Origin: Gekko japonicus
Taxonomy: Eukaryota
Length of the DNA: 64,000 nucleotides
Direction: 5' to 3'
NCBI RefSeq assembly: GCF_001447785.1
Contig: NW_015172560.1
Location: 371,240-435,239 of the forward strand
Below, one piece after another: positions 50,825 to 63,771 of the stretch. Every line of letters begins with the position of its first letter. The stretch's first letter is position 1. The translations under genes were made by a program, and so were the position numbers. A model generated the notes under the pieces. It worked only from the letters and a program-made list of their open reading frames with translations, searched no databases and had not been told where the DNA came from.

Positions 50825-51270
50825 CAAGAGGGGGACCCGCGATACTCGCGGGGGGGGAGAAGAGCTCCATCTCCTCCCCCCCGCTCGATCTCCCCGAGGC
50901 GGTGAGGCCGGTTCCCCCCTGGCTCCGAGGCGGCGGCGGAGAGGCTGGTCCTCCCCCCCCCTCGGCGGCGGCGGCCGGCAGTGGCAGCGGCGGCGAGGCT
51001 AATATCTCCTATCAGCTTTCCAGAATGTTGAATTGCTGATGAAGACTGTACTGATCAAGTGCACGGTGTGCATTTGGTAGATATGTGCTAAAGACTTTGA
51101 CTGTAATGTGTGCACTCATATTGAGTGGGCTTACTGTGCCTACTCATGGGGACTGGCCCACGTGGGGACTGGCCCACATGTGCACAAACCTCCCCCCGCC
51201 CCCCAGCTGCCCCCGGAGCGCTGATTTAGCGATCCGCACTCCGGGGGCAAGTTCGCTATTATATATATAT
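50825..51270 (-). mobile_element. Non-autonomous Helitron-like element containing a captured local host segment
   Basis: Minus-strand 3' end: hairpin cccgcga-gta-tcgcggg ending 11 nt before terminal CTTG|T; (TA)n-rich 5' end; no TIR or TSD; CpG-rich. Confidence 0.65.
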
Positions 51271-53023
51271 TCTCATGTTGTTGGCATGTGTCTTTATACG
51301 TATTTGTGTGTATCATATTTGCATGTGCACGCGCGCATGCACACACACACACACACACACATACACATAAGCATGCAAAGTACTTGGTCTTCCATTGTTC
51401 TGTACTGACAGAAAGTATGCATCTTGAGGATTTGCAATATGTACTGTGTACCTCACTCTGATTTTTAAATAGTTATTCTTTTCTGATAAAATATTATTTA
51501 AAAACCCTTACAGCCTAAAAAGTGAGATAAAAATTTATAAATAATAATAATATCTGATAAATGCACAGATGACTCAGGCTAAATAACTATCTTATAAACG
51601 CAAAATATAAACAAAATAATATAAATTTTTAAAACATGTATTTTGAATATAGTGTTAAAAAATCACCCTCACTTACTTACAATGCAGCCGTAAGCATATT
51701 TACACCTTTTTTAGCCAGTTGACTTCAGTTGACTTAGAAGGATGTAACTGTTTAGGAGTGCACTGTTAATTTGCTTGCTAAAACTAAAAATTCCTACACC
51801 ATCTCAAGACAATACTCTAGTTCAAAATTTGGATAGGCCTCAGAAGATGAGGATTCCAGAGCTGAGGAAAAAATAATCCTTACATGTCCCATTTACTAAT
51901 TTGCCACATGAATGGTATGCTCATAAGACTTATCTCAGCTGATCTATGATTGTAGTCATGGGCAGGATACAGGCAATCTCTGAGGTATGTAGTACCTAAG
52001 ACATAGAAGATTTCAGTCAATTTCCCTATATTGATTTACTTTCCTTTATGAACAATGAGTAAGTAATGAGACTTCAGGACCTGGGCTGAATTAAAAGCAG
52101 AGGTATGTCTTTTGCATACCGATGAAACCTTACATCACATTTCAGTTTGTGTGTTAAGGAACTAATATATTTGGTAGAAGATACAGTTTCTGTGAAGTTC
52201 ACCCTGGGACTGCCTAAGCACGGTTGGATTGTCTGATGACCTTCTTTCCTATCACTTAATTATAAAGTATTGTTCCATGGATTGTTGCTTCTAATTAATT
52301 ATACTTAGTAGGATTCATACACTACATTTTAATTTCTGTACCTGCTCTATTTTCTTCATGTCTCTTTGGGCATTTTTTAAAAAAGTGCTAAAGGAGTCAA
52401 TTTACCTTTTATTGAATAATTAATTATGCAGAGTTTAAAATAAATGGAGCTGACTTGTCAGCAATAGAATTCAGGAATGAGAGTATTAAAACATCGGCTT
52501 CTAATGAGTATGTGCACTCATCTGTTATTTTCTGCATTCAAAGTTCTAAATTCACTTGGTGATTCTTTTCCCCCAACAGGTGATTAAGAAGTAGCATTGA
52601 TATATAGTGTATATATTATTTGTGATATTTTTACATTTCAGTAGTGTTAAATAACAAAATGTATCTTATAAAATAAAAGCAAAATCAGATATTCCAAAGA
52701 AAAAAAGGATTTATTTATGCTTATATAAGAAAGTAGGAAACACTATTTAAAAATTATTCAAGGTCAAATGCAACATTGACTGAAGCTGTGCTTAACTGGA
52801 AAACTAGACATTAATGGTTTTGGTCATGAAAGTGAGCTGGTAATCATGAAATTCTTATGAGCAAAGCTTGCTTTGATGATAATTTAAATTGCTGTTATAG
52901 CCACTCTTCATAATTAATTTGGAGTTTGTTGATAGACAGCATAGAGAGAGATAAGATTTCCAGAAACTTTCAAGTGGGGGGGAGGACTTGAAATTTTAGG
53001 GGAAATTGAAATATGTGCAGTGC

Positions 53024-53262
53024 TTTTTTCTTTTGTATTTTTGTGTGCGTGTGTGTATGCCTGGAAGTCATGATGACCTCTGGCGACGGACCCCCATTGG
53101 GGGCCAGGAGAATATTTAGAGAGATGGCTGAATAAAGCCTGCCCCCCTTTCGCCTCTGGTATTCCAAGGAGGTCTCCCATCCAAGTACTTGCCAGACCTG
53201 ACTCTGCTTAGCTTCTGAGATTTGATGAGATCGGGCTTGCCTGAGCTATCCAGGTCAGGGCA
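53024..53262 (-). mobile_element. 5S rRNA-derived SINE
   Basis: ggtctcccatccaagtact...ctgcttagcttctgagat; TSD gaaatatgtgca at 53008-53019 and 53263-53274. Confidence 0.88.
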
Positions 53263-53744
53263 GAAATATGTGCAATATTGTTAGGCCTAAATTTTATTTG
53301 TAACTTATTTAGCAATATAAAATGCATAATTTATAACTTAGCCTATAAAATTGTACATACACATAATAGTTCAGGGTACACAATCTGAGAGAGTAAAATG
53401 TTTAAAAATCATTTCAGTCATTCCAAAAGAGAAATTATCGTATAACAGCTTTTTTCCGGTGGTCCCTTGCATAGGAAAAAAAGTCCTTCGAGAAAAATCT
53501 TCTCTCTCCCCCCTCCTCATTTGCCCTGTGTTTTCCATTAGTTTTCAGATCGCTAATCTTGCACCACCTAATCTGTGGGAAAAAATCAACCAACAGCCAA
53601 GCAGTTTATATACTATGTTCCAAAGAGCAATCCTGAATTGTCAAAAAAAACCCAGATTAGTTGGATATGAACTATATCCCAAATTCATTAACGACAGGCA
53701 TGCTACAGTGGTATTCTGCTTAATGTTGCAAGAGAGCTACAACC

Positions 53745-54328
53745 TGTCACAGGCTGGGTTTGGGATGAGAGGCAGAATTCAAGTCCAGTCCAAGGTCGTT
53801 GCCAGGAGAGTCAGAGAGAGAGCCAAATTGGGAATCTGAAAGAGGGGTCGTCCAAAGCAAGGGTCAGGGAGCCAGGAATCCAAGCCAGAGTGGGGGTCCG
53901 AGGACAGGAGCCGAAAGTGGATGTGAGGGATGCATGGAGGTGACTTGTTGTTTCCACAAGAGCCCAATACTGAGTGGGAGTTATATAGGCCTCTGGCTGG
54001 GCTTCCCGTGGTGGCAGCAGCGCTCCTGCTAATAGTCGGCTTTCACCTTACCTGCCAGCGTGCATCTTGACGGAGGGTGGCTAAGTCTCTGCGGGGCCGC
54101 TCTCTTAGCTGAACCACCCACGGAGGTGAGTCAGGTGGGTTCCCTGATTGTACCTGTGCCTCCTTGGCTGCTGCAGGACCAGGTGCGGGGTTTACAGGCT
54201 CAGGCGCTGGCAAGCGATCAACTTGTGAGGAGTCAGAGGGCCCGGCTTCTGGTTCTGGCAATGCCGGCGCCTCTGGCTGCAATGCCAACTCGGGTGGGGA
54301 CTCAGCACCGTTGTCGTTGCTCATGACA
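53745..54328 (-). mobile_element. Solo LTR (Gypsy-like), 584 bp
   Basis: TGTCA...TGACA termini; 5-bp TSD caacc; TATATAA on the minus strand near 53981-53987. Confidence 0.85.
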
Positions 54329-56547
54329 CAACCCACAATGGTGTTTTCTCAGGATTTAAATGATAGTTTGGCTTTCATTGCTTTAACTGAATGTTGGTTA
54401 TTAAAAAGTTATGATTTTAATGTTGCTTAAGATGAGTTTTGATGTGCTTAGAGAACTCTGAAGTTCTCTGACTAAACAATAATACTAAAAAAAAGGAATA
54501 TCTTAATAGAATTTAAATAAGTGACCATTACTGACAATCATATAAAGGAGACTGAGTAGTCTATTCATACTTCCCCAGGGACAGCTAGTGTCACATACTT
54601 GAAGTGAAAAACAAATTTAGATTTAGAGTGGATCATTCTCATATAGTAGGGCTGTTCTTGTATATATGACCAGCAAACCAGTGGTTTCATGTTGATCTAG
54701 GTAAATGTGGATTGGGGAATCCAATTTGAAGCTAACTGGCAATGACTAGCAACAGTTTGTAAAAATAGGTTCTAGGCAAATAGCTCTTCTCTGATTCACC
54801 AGAGGCCTCAGGAAGCAATAATAAGCTCCTTGTTTTGGCTATGCAAGACTATTGCAATGACACACGACCAGAACCAGCCAGAACGTGTGGGCAGTGGAGG
54901 CAAGGGTTGGGAATAGCAAGTGGGACTTAAGAGGGGTAAAAGCAGACAGGGGTTGTTGCAGGGGAGATGCTAGTTGATCAAGTAGGAGAGAGAGACCATG
55001 TGACTGGTTCTCTTTTTTATCGGGGGATCCAGGAGGTGGGTGGTGGCCGTGCCAACCTCCTGGCCCACGTCCCTGTTAGTCTGTCCCAAAACTAATCCTA
55101 TTGGTTGCATGTAGGGAGGGGTGGTTACCTATAAGGAGTGGCCAATATCGTAATCTAAAGCCTTACTCAAGGAACGGCACCTGGGCAGGTGTGAAAACCT
55201 TGGCGTCAGGATGCTTCATTGTAGTGTTGATGAAGCTGGCCATTCCATTGTAAACCAAATGTCTATTTGGCAGGAAATACCAAAGCAGGAACAAAATAGT
55301 GATGTGTCCTACGTGACTACAACTATTTCTGCAATGGGGGCTGTCTCTTCTCAAAGCTGTTGTTTCTCATTGCTCACAATAATGGAGGTGTGTGCTTCTT
55401 CACCAGGCTGGTAACTGTGTAGCTGAAACCTCATTTACATGTAAGGCTTGTGCAGGCACCTTCTATGTGTTGCATCACAACAGGTGACTTAAAGTGTCCA
55501 GTTCTCTGAGCCTGTGTGTGTGTGTGCACAGTCCATTGTGTGTAGCAATAAATATAAGTCCATAAAGCAAAATATCAATCTCATTCTCTAACAGGTGCTT
55601 CTAGTCTCTTTAACATTTAATTGCTGACAGCTGTTTGATGGGTCAGCTTCCTCTCTCTCCCTCCCCATTCTTGCACCTTTCTGAAACCAAAACACATCCC
55701 AAAATTCCTGGAGATAAATTTTTGTTTCTTCAAAATTTTTGGAAGTGTTTGGATCATTTCGGATACCCCATAAGTGATACAAAACAGCAGCTTTTGGGTT
55801 TAATTTCAGCTCAGCTATATCCAAATGCATACCCCTAATTTACATTTTATGTTGTGTTTTCCAAACTCCTATTAGCATTCTCATGAGTTTTATATATGGA
55901 GGCTATTTCTGCCCATGACAACAATATTCAGTTTCCATGGCTTCCTTCTCTTTTTGTCAGTAGAGTGGAGAAGGAAGGTGAGGAAAGAATAAACTTGGCT
56001 GGGAACATTTCAGAGTCTCGTACAAATAATGATTTTCTATAAGTTTTTGTGCAGTATGTATTATACAAGCGAGGGACCCACAATGACTTGTGGGGAAGCA
56101 TCTCATTTCCCCTTCACCCATTATTTCCTGAAAGCCCCCACAGGCTCCCCCCCTTTCCTGCCTTTGTCTCTGCTTCCCACCCACCAGCCAAGCCACCTTT
56201 ATCTACATTCCTGTCTTATGCTTTCTCTCCATCCTTTCTCCTGGCAGCCTCTACCTAGGAAAACTACAGCACCGTTGCACAGTAGGGAACCTGCAAGGAC
56301 TTCTGTGTCACTGAAAATAGCCCGTTCCCTAACTTTTACGGACAGTAATTAGGGCTTGAAAGCTGATAATTTTGTTGTGGTTGCCTAGCAATGGCCACTG
56401 GGGGTATCACTTTCTTAAAGCTATGGCTGCTGCTTCTATTTTTTTCTTTTTTCGTGGGGGTTAATTCCCCATAGGTCATGGCTCCAGTCTCTGGATTTAA
56501 GGATCCACAGATTTTGCCATGTTGGGAATTAGATATATTGATGGAGG

Positions 56548-57258
56548 CAGTATGGTGTGGAGGTCAGAGTGTCAGACTAGGGCAGTGGTCCTCAACCTTT
56601 TTGAGGTAAGTACCATTGGAATTCTCACTTGCACTTTGTACTGAGGCTTTCATTGGGCCCTTAAATATTTTTAACTATCTTTCTAATAAATATATGTATT
56701 TTTGTATATAATAAGTTTACACTAGGTTTCTAATATTGGTCCTTTATCAGGCTTCTTTCTTACCATTGGAGTTCTGACACACATGGTGGGCACAGCCACA
56801 AAATGGCTGCCACAGGAGGTGGAGCCAGTGACAAAATGACCACAACAGCTTACCTTCAGTCACACAGTGAAGATCCTTGTGCTGTGGTGGCAGCTACTGC
56901 CAAAGCAGTATTTTTAAAAGCCAATCAAATCTCCAGTGGCCAATCAGAAGCTTTGCTGGGAAAAGCCCCACCTGCCCCCCCCTTTCTAAAAGCACTTGGT
57001 AGAATACAGGAAAGGTGTTAGTGGGTGACATGGTGCCCATGGGCATCAGATTGGGGACAACTACACAAGAGCCTAGGAGACCCAGATGTGAATATTTGTT
57101 CTGCCATGGAAGCTTGCTGGGTGATCCTGGGCCAGTCACACACTTTCAGCCTAACTGACTTCACAGAGTTTTTGTGAGGATAAAAGGGAGGAGAGGAGAA
57201 CAATGTAAGCTTTGGATCCCTATTGGGGTGAATAACAAGGTATAAATAAATAAATAAA
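56548..57258 (+). mobile_element. MIR/Squam3-like SINE interrupted by a hAT-like insertion (~56583-57063)
   Basis: SINE head cagtatggtgtggaggtcagagtgtcagactagg resumes at ggagacccag; insert starts cagtggtcctcaacc. Confidence 0.6.
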
Positions 57259-58201
57259 TCATCTTTAAAGCAGTTCTTACTTGCACTGTGATACTTGCCA
57301 CCATTGCAATTTTCTAATAGTATCAAGAATGGATGCGATATTATGGGATTACTAATTAATACACACATATCAGATCAACTCCCAAGCATCAGACTGAGAA
57401 TGACTTTGAAGGCCCATGAAAACTACAGACCTCAAGAACGCTTTGGAAATGGTGAAAATTCTCACATAGTATCTTAACCTGGAGGTAAGGATCATTTCTG
57501 AAAAAATGCATTAACTGGGAATATTATTTGCTGGGAGATGCAAGATGGATACACTCTGTTGGTTAGTCACATTTCACCTGCTTTTCATATTATCTTCTGA
57601 ATTCTTTATAAATTGGTGTCTTAAAGGATTCTGTTTATCTTATTGTCAGATGGAGATATGTAGATTTTCTCATGGTCTCCAATGCTATTAATTGACTACA
57701 AATGCAAATTGAAATCTGTAGATGGTTACCATTGGATGTTTTCCTTTTAGAGCAATGCTAATTCAGAAATCAATGTGATGACATAAATCTGCTAAAATAA
57801 TCAAGAAAATAATTATCAAATTAAATAATTTAACAATTATTGTGAAATTATCATTCAATAATAAATTGTTGAATAGCTAATAATTGCAATTATTATTAAA
57901 TTATTAATAAAGCCTGTAATCTTTTCCCAGCATTTCTTGCTGATTTTCAGTCCAAAAGCCCTCAAGATACGCAGGCTACAATACTGACTGTAGTTATACT
58001 AACTAAATACCATCATAATCAATAAGATTTAAGTGACTGAACTGCAAGAGGTATTACAGCCATGGTCTAATGAAACATGCAGATGTGTTTGGACATAACT
58101 GGTATGAAAATGGCTCTAATCACCCTGATTGATGATCGTCACTTGGAGGGTTAGATGGGGGAGTGCATCCCTGGTCATTCCTCTGGATCTCTCAGTAGCT
58201 T

Positions 58202-59780
58202 AAAAAAAATTTTTTTAAGGAATTTTATTGAAGAAAGAATTTTATAATTTTACCAACATCAAAATCAATTAATAATATAAAAAACAAAACTTCACATGCA
58301 CACTTTGTCTTCTTCTTCATCTTCCTTCTTCTTACTTCTCCCAAAATTATTACAAAGTATTATTTATAAATTTTCAAGCAGTCTAAGCTCATTATAGTAA
58401 TTTACAATATATTGACAAATTACTCTTGAACTGAATCATAATCATGATTAATCTCAGTCCTCGGAGGCCTCAAGGGTCAGGAGGGTATAATAGGCCCTCC
58501 TTCCAGGGACTGATTGGTCCTGGGGGAACGTACCCAGACATTCGCCACAATCCCACCACTCATTAGCTTGACAAAATTATTGTATATTACCCCAAACCCC
58601 AAATTGTTATATTGAGTCCACACTCTTCAAAATCTTCATGGTCTTCAGAAGTACAAACCCGAGTCATTTTAGCTGACATGAGAGGTGAGCGCTCTTTCCT
58701 TTTGCCAGTTCTAATTTCTTGAGATTCAGAAGAGGAAGGATTTAAAGCGGCCAGCATTATTTCATCTGAGACAGAGTCATAAGCAAAATAGGAAGTTGAG
58801 CCCCGTTGAACGCATAGCTTGCCCATACGGAGCCATCGGTATTTTATTCCAAGATCCCGCAGTTTGGCTGTGGTGCTTTTAAGATATCTTCTTATCTTTA
58901 AAAATTCAGGAGGGAGGTCTGGAAAGACTTGAATCTTCCCCCCCCTGGAAGCCAAGGCCACCCCTTGCCCTAGAGGAATTTCTGTTGTGTTCGAAAGTCT
59001 TTGAATTCTGCTAGTATATCTCTAGTATATAGTGAGGAAGTAGATTCTTCACATACCTTTCCGACACGATAAACTCTCCGTAGGAGGGGCATGAAACCGG
59101 CCTCCAGGTTTAGAGTGCTCGCCAGCCAATTTGCCAGAAATATATTCAGCTCTGTTTCAGTTTCAGCGTTTGCTTCAAACCCCCTGAACTTCAAAGAAAG
59201 CTCACGATTGTGATGATCCAGAGACAGGATACGCTCCCTGGCCCAGGCATCTGCAGTTTTCGTAGATAATTGCCTTTCAAGCTCTGTAGCTTTAAGAAGA
59301 GCCATGTCTGCTTTATGGTTTGTTTGCTTTTGGAGCTCTTCTAATTTGTCCATGCGTTGGAATGCTGGCTTGAGCATTTCTGTGATATTGTTTCTCAACT
59401 CCTGACATTGTTTAGTTAATGCATGCATCAAAAAATTTGTAGTGAGTGGGGTCTCTTCAGCCATTTGTTCACCTCAGCCGACAGGCTGACTGGCTCCAGA
59501 CTTTAGGCAGACTGCTTTCAATTCCCACCGACTGGTTTCCCGCCCAAAAGCTCCACTAAATAAAACAGCCCTTCCCGCCCAGGAAGTGACTCTCCCTCCT
59601 GCAGCATTCTGGGGCAGATCTCCTCACAGCCTTGATGGACTTCCTGTCCTCTCTAGGGAGCTGCCCTCTGACTGCTGGTTGGAGGCGTGTGGGGGGGGGA
59701 ATGAGGAGGAGACTAGGCCAAGGCCTGCCTCAGGTTTCATGGTCTCCTCCTATCTGGCCAGTTAGTTGCAGACACCCCCC
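58202..59780 (-). mobile_element. ORF1-only L1-derived retroelement (HAL1-like), full length, ORF1 frameshifted
   Basis: G-run 5' end; ~315-bp 5' UTR; L1 ORF1p-like reading frames 59464-58970 and 58961-58587; AATAAA and A-tail; 13-bp TSD ctctcagtagctt. Confidence 0.85.
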
Positions 59781-60099
59781 CTCTCAGTAGCTTTTGATAC
59801 CATCAGCCATGGGGTTCTGGAAAGGCTGGCTGATTTGGGATTGGAGTTCACCATGCTTTGGTGGTTCCACACCTGTCTGGCTGTCTATTTTTAGAACGTG
59901 GTGCTGGCAGATTGATGCTGGCCCTCTGATAGTTATGCTGAGAAATCCCACACCATTCTGTTCTGTGCCCCATGCCGTTTAACACTGGGAAAGATTGGGG
60001 ATTTGGAGTGAAGTGCCCACATCTCTATTTCTTCTTAACAGCTGAGGGTTTGTGAGAAAGTTTTTGATATGGATGACAAATAGTCTACGGTTTGAGTGG

Positions 60100-60446
60100 C
60101 TGTTGAATATTGCATGGTTTTACCGTGTATGACAGATACACTTTTAACAATTCTGAATAATATGACAGCGAACTTCCTATTGGTCGCTTCGTAACAGCGA
60201 CCAATCAGAACGGTACCATTCCCTAGGAGGGAAAGACTCCCATTGGTCCTTAACTAAGCAATCTCATTGGTTGTTAATTGTAAATAGGCGTGGCTACATT
60301 AGCCCGGTTATGTTTAAAAGGAGCATAAGCTCCCACTGTTTTCTGTTCTGGTTTCTTACTGAGTTGAGTGCTTGTTCGTTACTTCCAATAAAGCTGAATC
60401 ACTTGCTGAATCACTCTAAGAGTTCTTTGTTAGCGCGATCAAACAT
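60100..60446 (+). mobile_element. Probable solo LTR
   Basis: Several CCAAT/ATTGG boxes, TATA-like tttaaaa, AATAAA, ends ...aaaca; no clear TSD, so the 5' boundary is uncertain. Confidence 0.5.
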
Positions 60447-60727
60447 TTAAGCATGGGTAATACTAAGAAATTCTGGTAAATTTTTAAGTCCTCTCTTCAA
60501 GATTGTAAAACCTATTACAGGATTAGAACAATTTATAATAATATACAAGTATCAGTAACCACTCTTCTACTATTACAGGATACTGTGGATGTGTTCTGAA
60601 GGGAAGCAGTGGTCCACATTGCTTTCTTTTGAAATACAATATGTGGCACACAGTACACAAAACTATAGGTTTCTGAATTTTGTTCAGGTTCCATAGAGTT
60701 TATTTGAGCCTATGAGCCATTGGGGAG

Positions 60728-60779
60728 ACACAGACACACACACACACACACACGTGCGCGCGCACACACACACACACAC
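60728..60779. repeat. (CA)n/(CG)n alternating purine-pyrimidine microsatellite
   Basis: Direct reading. Confidence 0.9.
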
Positions 60780-62873
60780 TTGCAAATTGAAATACAGTTG
60801 GTGACAGCTAAACTTACTTTTCCCTCTGTGATTCTAACATCAAAGAATATTTCTGGTTCATGGCATCTATATCTCTGATGGTTAGGGTGTCAGACTAGGA
60901 TCTGGGAGGCCCAAGCTCAAATTCTCACCCTGCCCAGGGCCGGTGCCAGTTTTTTGCACACTAGTTGAGGCTACCTTCTGGTGCCCCCCCCCACGCCCAC
61001 CAATTTTCACACATAAATGCATTTTAGGAAGAATGGAAATAATAATATACTAAATAAATAAATCAGAATAACATCCTCAGTCTTTCTAAATAAATCAACA
61101 TTGCATCCTCAGTCTTTCTCTTTGTATTTCTTTTATTCTTCCGTATAAAGGCCCAAGTGTTGAGAGTGTTATGGCTAAAATATGTGCCTCAGAGTTGTAT
61201 ATGGTTCAGATTTAGAGTGTGCCTACATTTTCTTAACATGTTCCTTGGAAGTCTGAGACTAAGGCACCTCCATGTCATGAGCCCTATCCAGAATTTTTAG
61301 CATTGGGTTAATCAAGTTCACAGTTTCCTTCACATTCTGTTCACTAGATTCAGCTATACTCTCATGCATTTTCACAACTATAGGTGATCAAAATGGAGGT
61401 GGCAATTGGTGTTCTATGAATCACAGGCATCCTAAACTCCTTCATTCTTCTATTAATCATTCTTGACTGCTCCAAATGTATGTGGTGCGAACCACAGAAA
61501 CTCAGAATTTGTTTCTGTTTCAAGTTGTGTTTAATACATACATCGTATTAAATAAAACTAGACAGGATCAAGTATTGTTTAAAAGGGGGCACAAATGGAG
61601 GGGGGAGGAAACCTTGTAGAGTAGGAATTTTCATTGGTTTTGAATTTGAATTCCCTGTCATAGAACACTCGACTATTGTTTCACTCCATAGAATCTTTGT
61701 TCTTCATAACTAAGTGCTGTGTCCCAAAAAAGTACTTAAGATGGCCTACAAAAAATTCATATTCACATTTTCTCTTAAGCACATCTTCTGATAATTCTGG
61801 GATGTTTTTTCCAGAACTGCAGGGAGATATGCTAGGGCAAACATTCAGTACTGTACCTGTTAATTATCTGTGCATATTCATGGAACTTTTTGTGACCTGC
61901 ATCAGAAACTTTTCACTGGCCATTTTATTGACTAAGAAAGTACATATTCAAACTGATTTTCTTTCCAATGGTAATGAAAATTCTTGCTGCTATCTTGCTT
62001 GGTGCTGTGATGCAGCTTTAAGAATATTAAACAGCTAAATCAGCACCCTTAGTAGCTCTTTATTTCTGCCTTTAGTTCAGTTCACTATACACAATTAATA
62101 AGTATAGCCTCATTCATATTTTCACTATGACTAATTATGGCTAAATCCAATTACCCCAGAATACATGGATTGTAGAAAGGAGACAGAAGGTTTAGCAAAA
62201 TTGGAGTGCAACCTAGCTCAATGTATAGTTTACATATGTAAATGTGCTACTCTGTGCTTTTAAGTGAATTCACTGTATAGTTGTTATCAAAATGAACAGT
62301 TTTCTCTTGATGATCATACTTGAGGGTAGTGTTATGGGGAGTGGAATTTCTTTTTCTCAAATTTACATTTTTAGATAAAGCCATTAATTCCTCTTATTCT
62401 CTTTTTTCCTCCTTTTTAAAGAGGGATTTCGCCTTGATTTTCTTTGTAGAGAAATCAGTGTGCTGTTTTGTAATTTCAGCACTTGTGGTTATTTTATGTT
62501 ATATACCACCTCTAGCAGAAAGATATGAATGTTTGGGAAGATCTTGTCTTACTCTGAGCATCTACAGGGTAGAATCCTGAATTTGCACAGAACCTCCCTT
62601 GATAGAAAAACAGACTCCAAAGTCCTTTAAATCAGCAAAAGAAACAGATTGTGGGATTTCAGGGAGAAATTTGGCAAAGAGGAACAAAGAGAATTCCTCT
62701 TAACAACACTACTTGAGAGGGGCAAGTACTGCCAGTTGGAAGCAAAGGACTCCATACTATCCTTACAGAATTACAGAATCCTTACAGCAGTAAGGATCAT
62801 CATGATTTGTCATCATGATTTGATTTCCCCTTGCTACTAACAGGGTAAGAACATAAGAAGACCTGCTTGATAA

Positions 62874-63022
62874 GAGAGCCAGTTTGGTGTAGTGGTTAAG
62901 TGTGCGGACTCTAATCTGGGAGAACCGGGTTTGATTCCCCCACTCCTCCACTTGCACCTGCTGATGTGACCTTGGGTCAGTCACAAGCTCTGGCACAGCT
63001 GTCCTTGAGAAAGAGCAGTCTC
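62874..63022 (+). mobile_element. Squam3 SINE, 3'-truncated
   Basis: Intact head gagagccagtttggtgtagtggttaag; no tail. Confidence 0.85.
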
Positions 63023-63134
63023 GGACTCCATACTATCCTTACAGAATTACAGAATCCTTACAGAATCCTTACAGCAGTAGATTATATTCTAAACTTGTCA
63101 TCATGATTTGATTTCCCCTTGCTACTAACAAGGT

Positions 63135-63771
63135 AAGAACATAAGAAGACCCGCTTGATAAGACCAGTGGTCGAGCAAGTCTACCACCCTTTCTCACACA
63201 GTGGCCAACCAGTTACTCTGGACGTCCAGGATGGCCAACAGCAGAGCATAGAATCAAAGGCACTGCTATTCAGAGGTTTACTGCCTCCAAATATGGAGGT
63301 TCCCTTTGGTCACTATGGCTACTAGCCGCTGATAAATCCTATTCTCTATATAACTGTCTAATCCCCTTTTAAAGCCATCTATGCCTAAGGCCATCACTAC
63401 ATCCTGTTGCAGTGAATTCCACATTTTAATCACTTATTATTTCCTTTAGTCTGTCCTGAATCTATTGCCAGTCAACTTCATTGGATGGACCTGAGTGCTA
63501 GTATTTTGGGAGAGGGAGAAAAAGTTCTCTGTCCACTTTCTCTAACCCATGCATAATTTTATAAACCTCGATCATGTCCCTACTTAGCTGTTTTTTTCTA
63601 AACTGAAAGGTCCAACATTTTTCAGAAAAGGTGCTCGAACCTCTTAATCATCTTGGCTGCCCTCTCCTGTACTTTTTCCAGCTCTGTAGTGTTCTTTTTG
63701 AGATGTAACTGGAACGGCACACAACATTTTATATGAAGCCACACCATAGATGTATACAGGGGCATTATAAT
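63135..63771 (-). mobile_element. CR1 3' fragment
   Basis: taagaacataaga terminus; decayed ORF2 reverse-complement motifs (tttataaacctcgatcatgtcccta). Confidence 0.75.

Noticed and set aside
53351-53839. 162-aa ORF
   Set aside because: Non-ATG start, no recognisable domain, runs into an LTR
58520-58620. HDV-like ribozyme suggested by ggcgaatg on the minus strand
   Set aside because: Could not build P1, P2 and P3 pairings or the L3 motif
62874-62950. tRNA gene
   Set aside because: A/B boxes belong to a Squam3 SINE head; no cloverleaf acceptor stem
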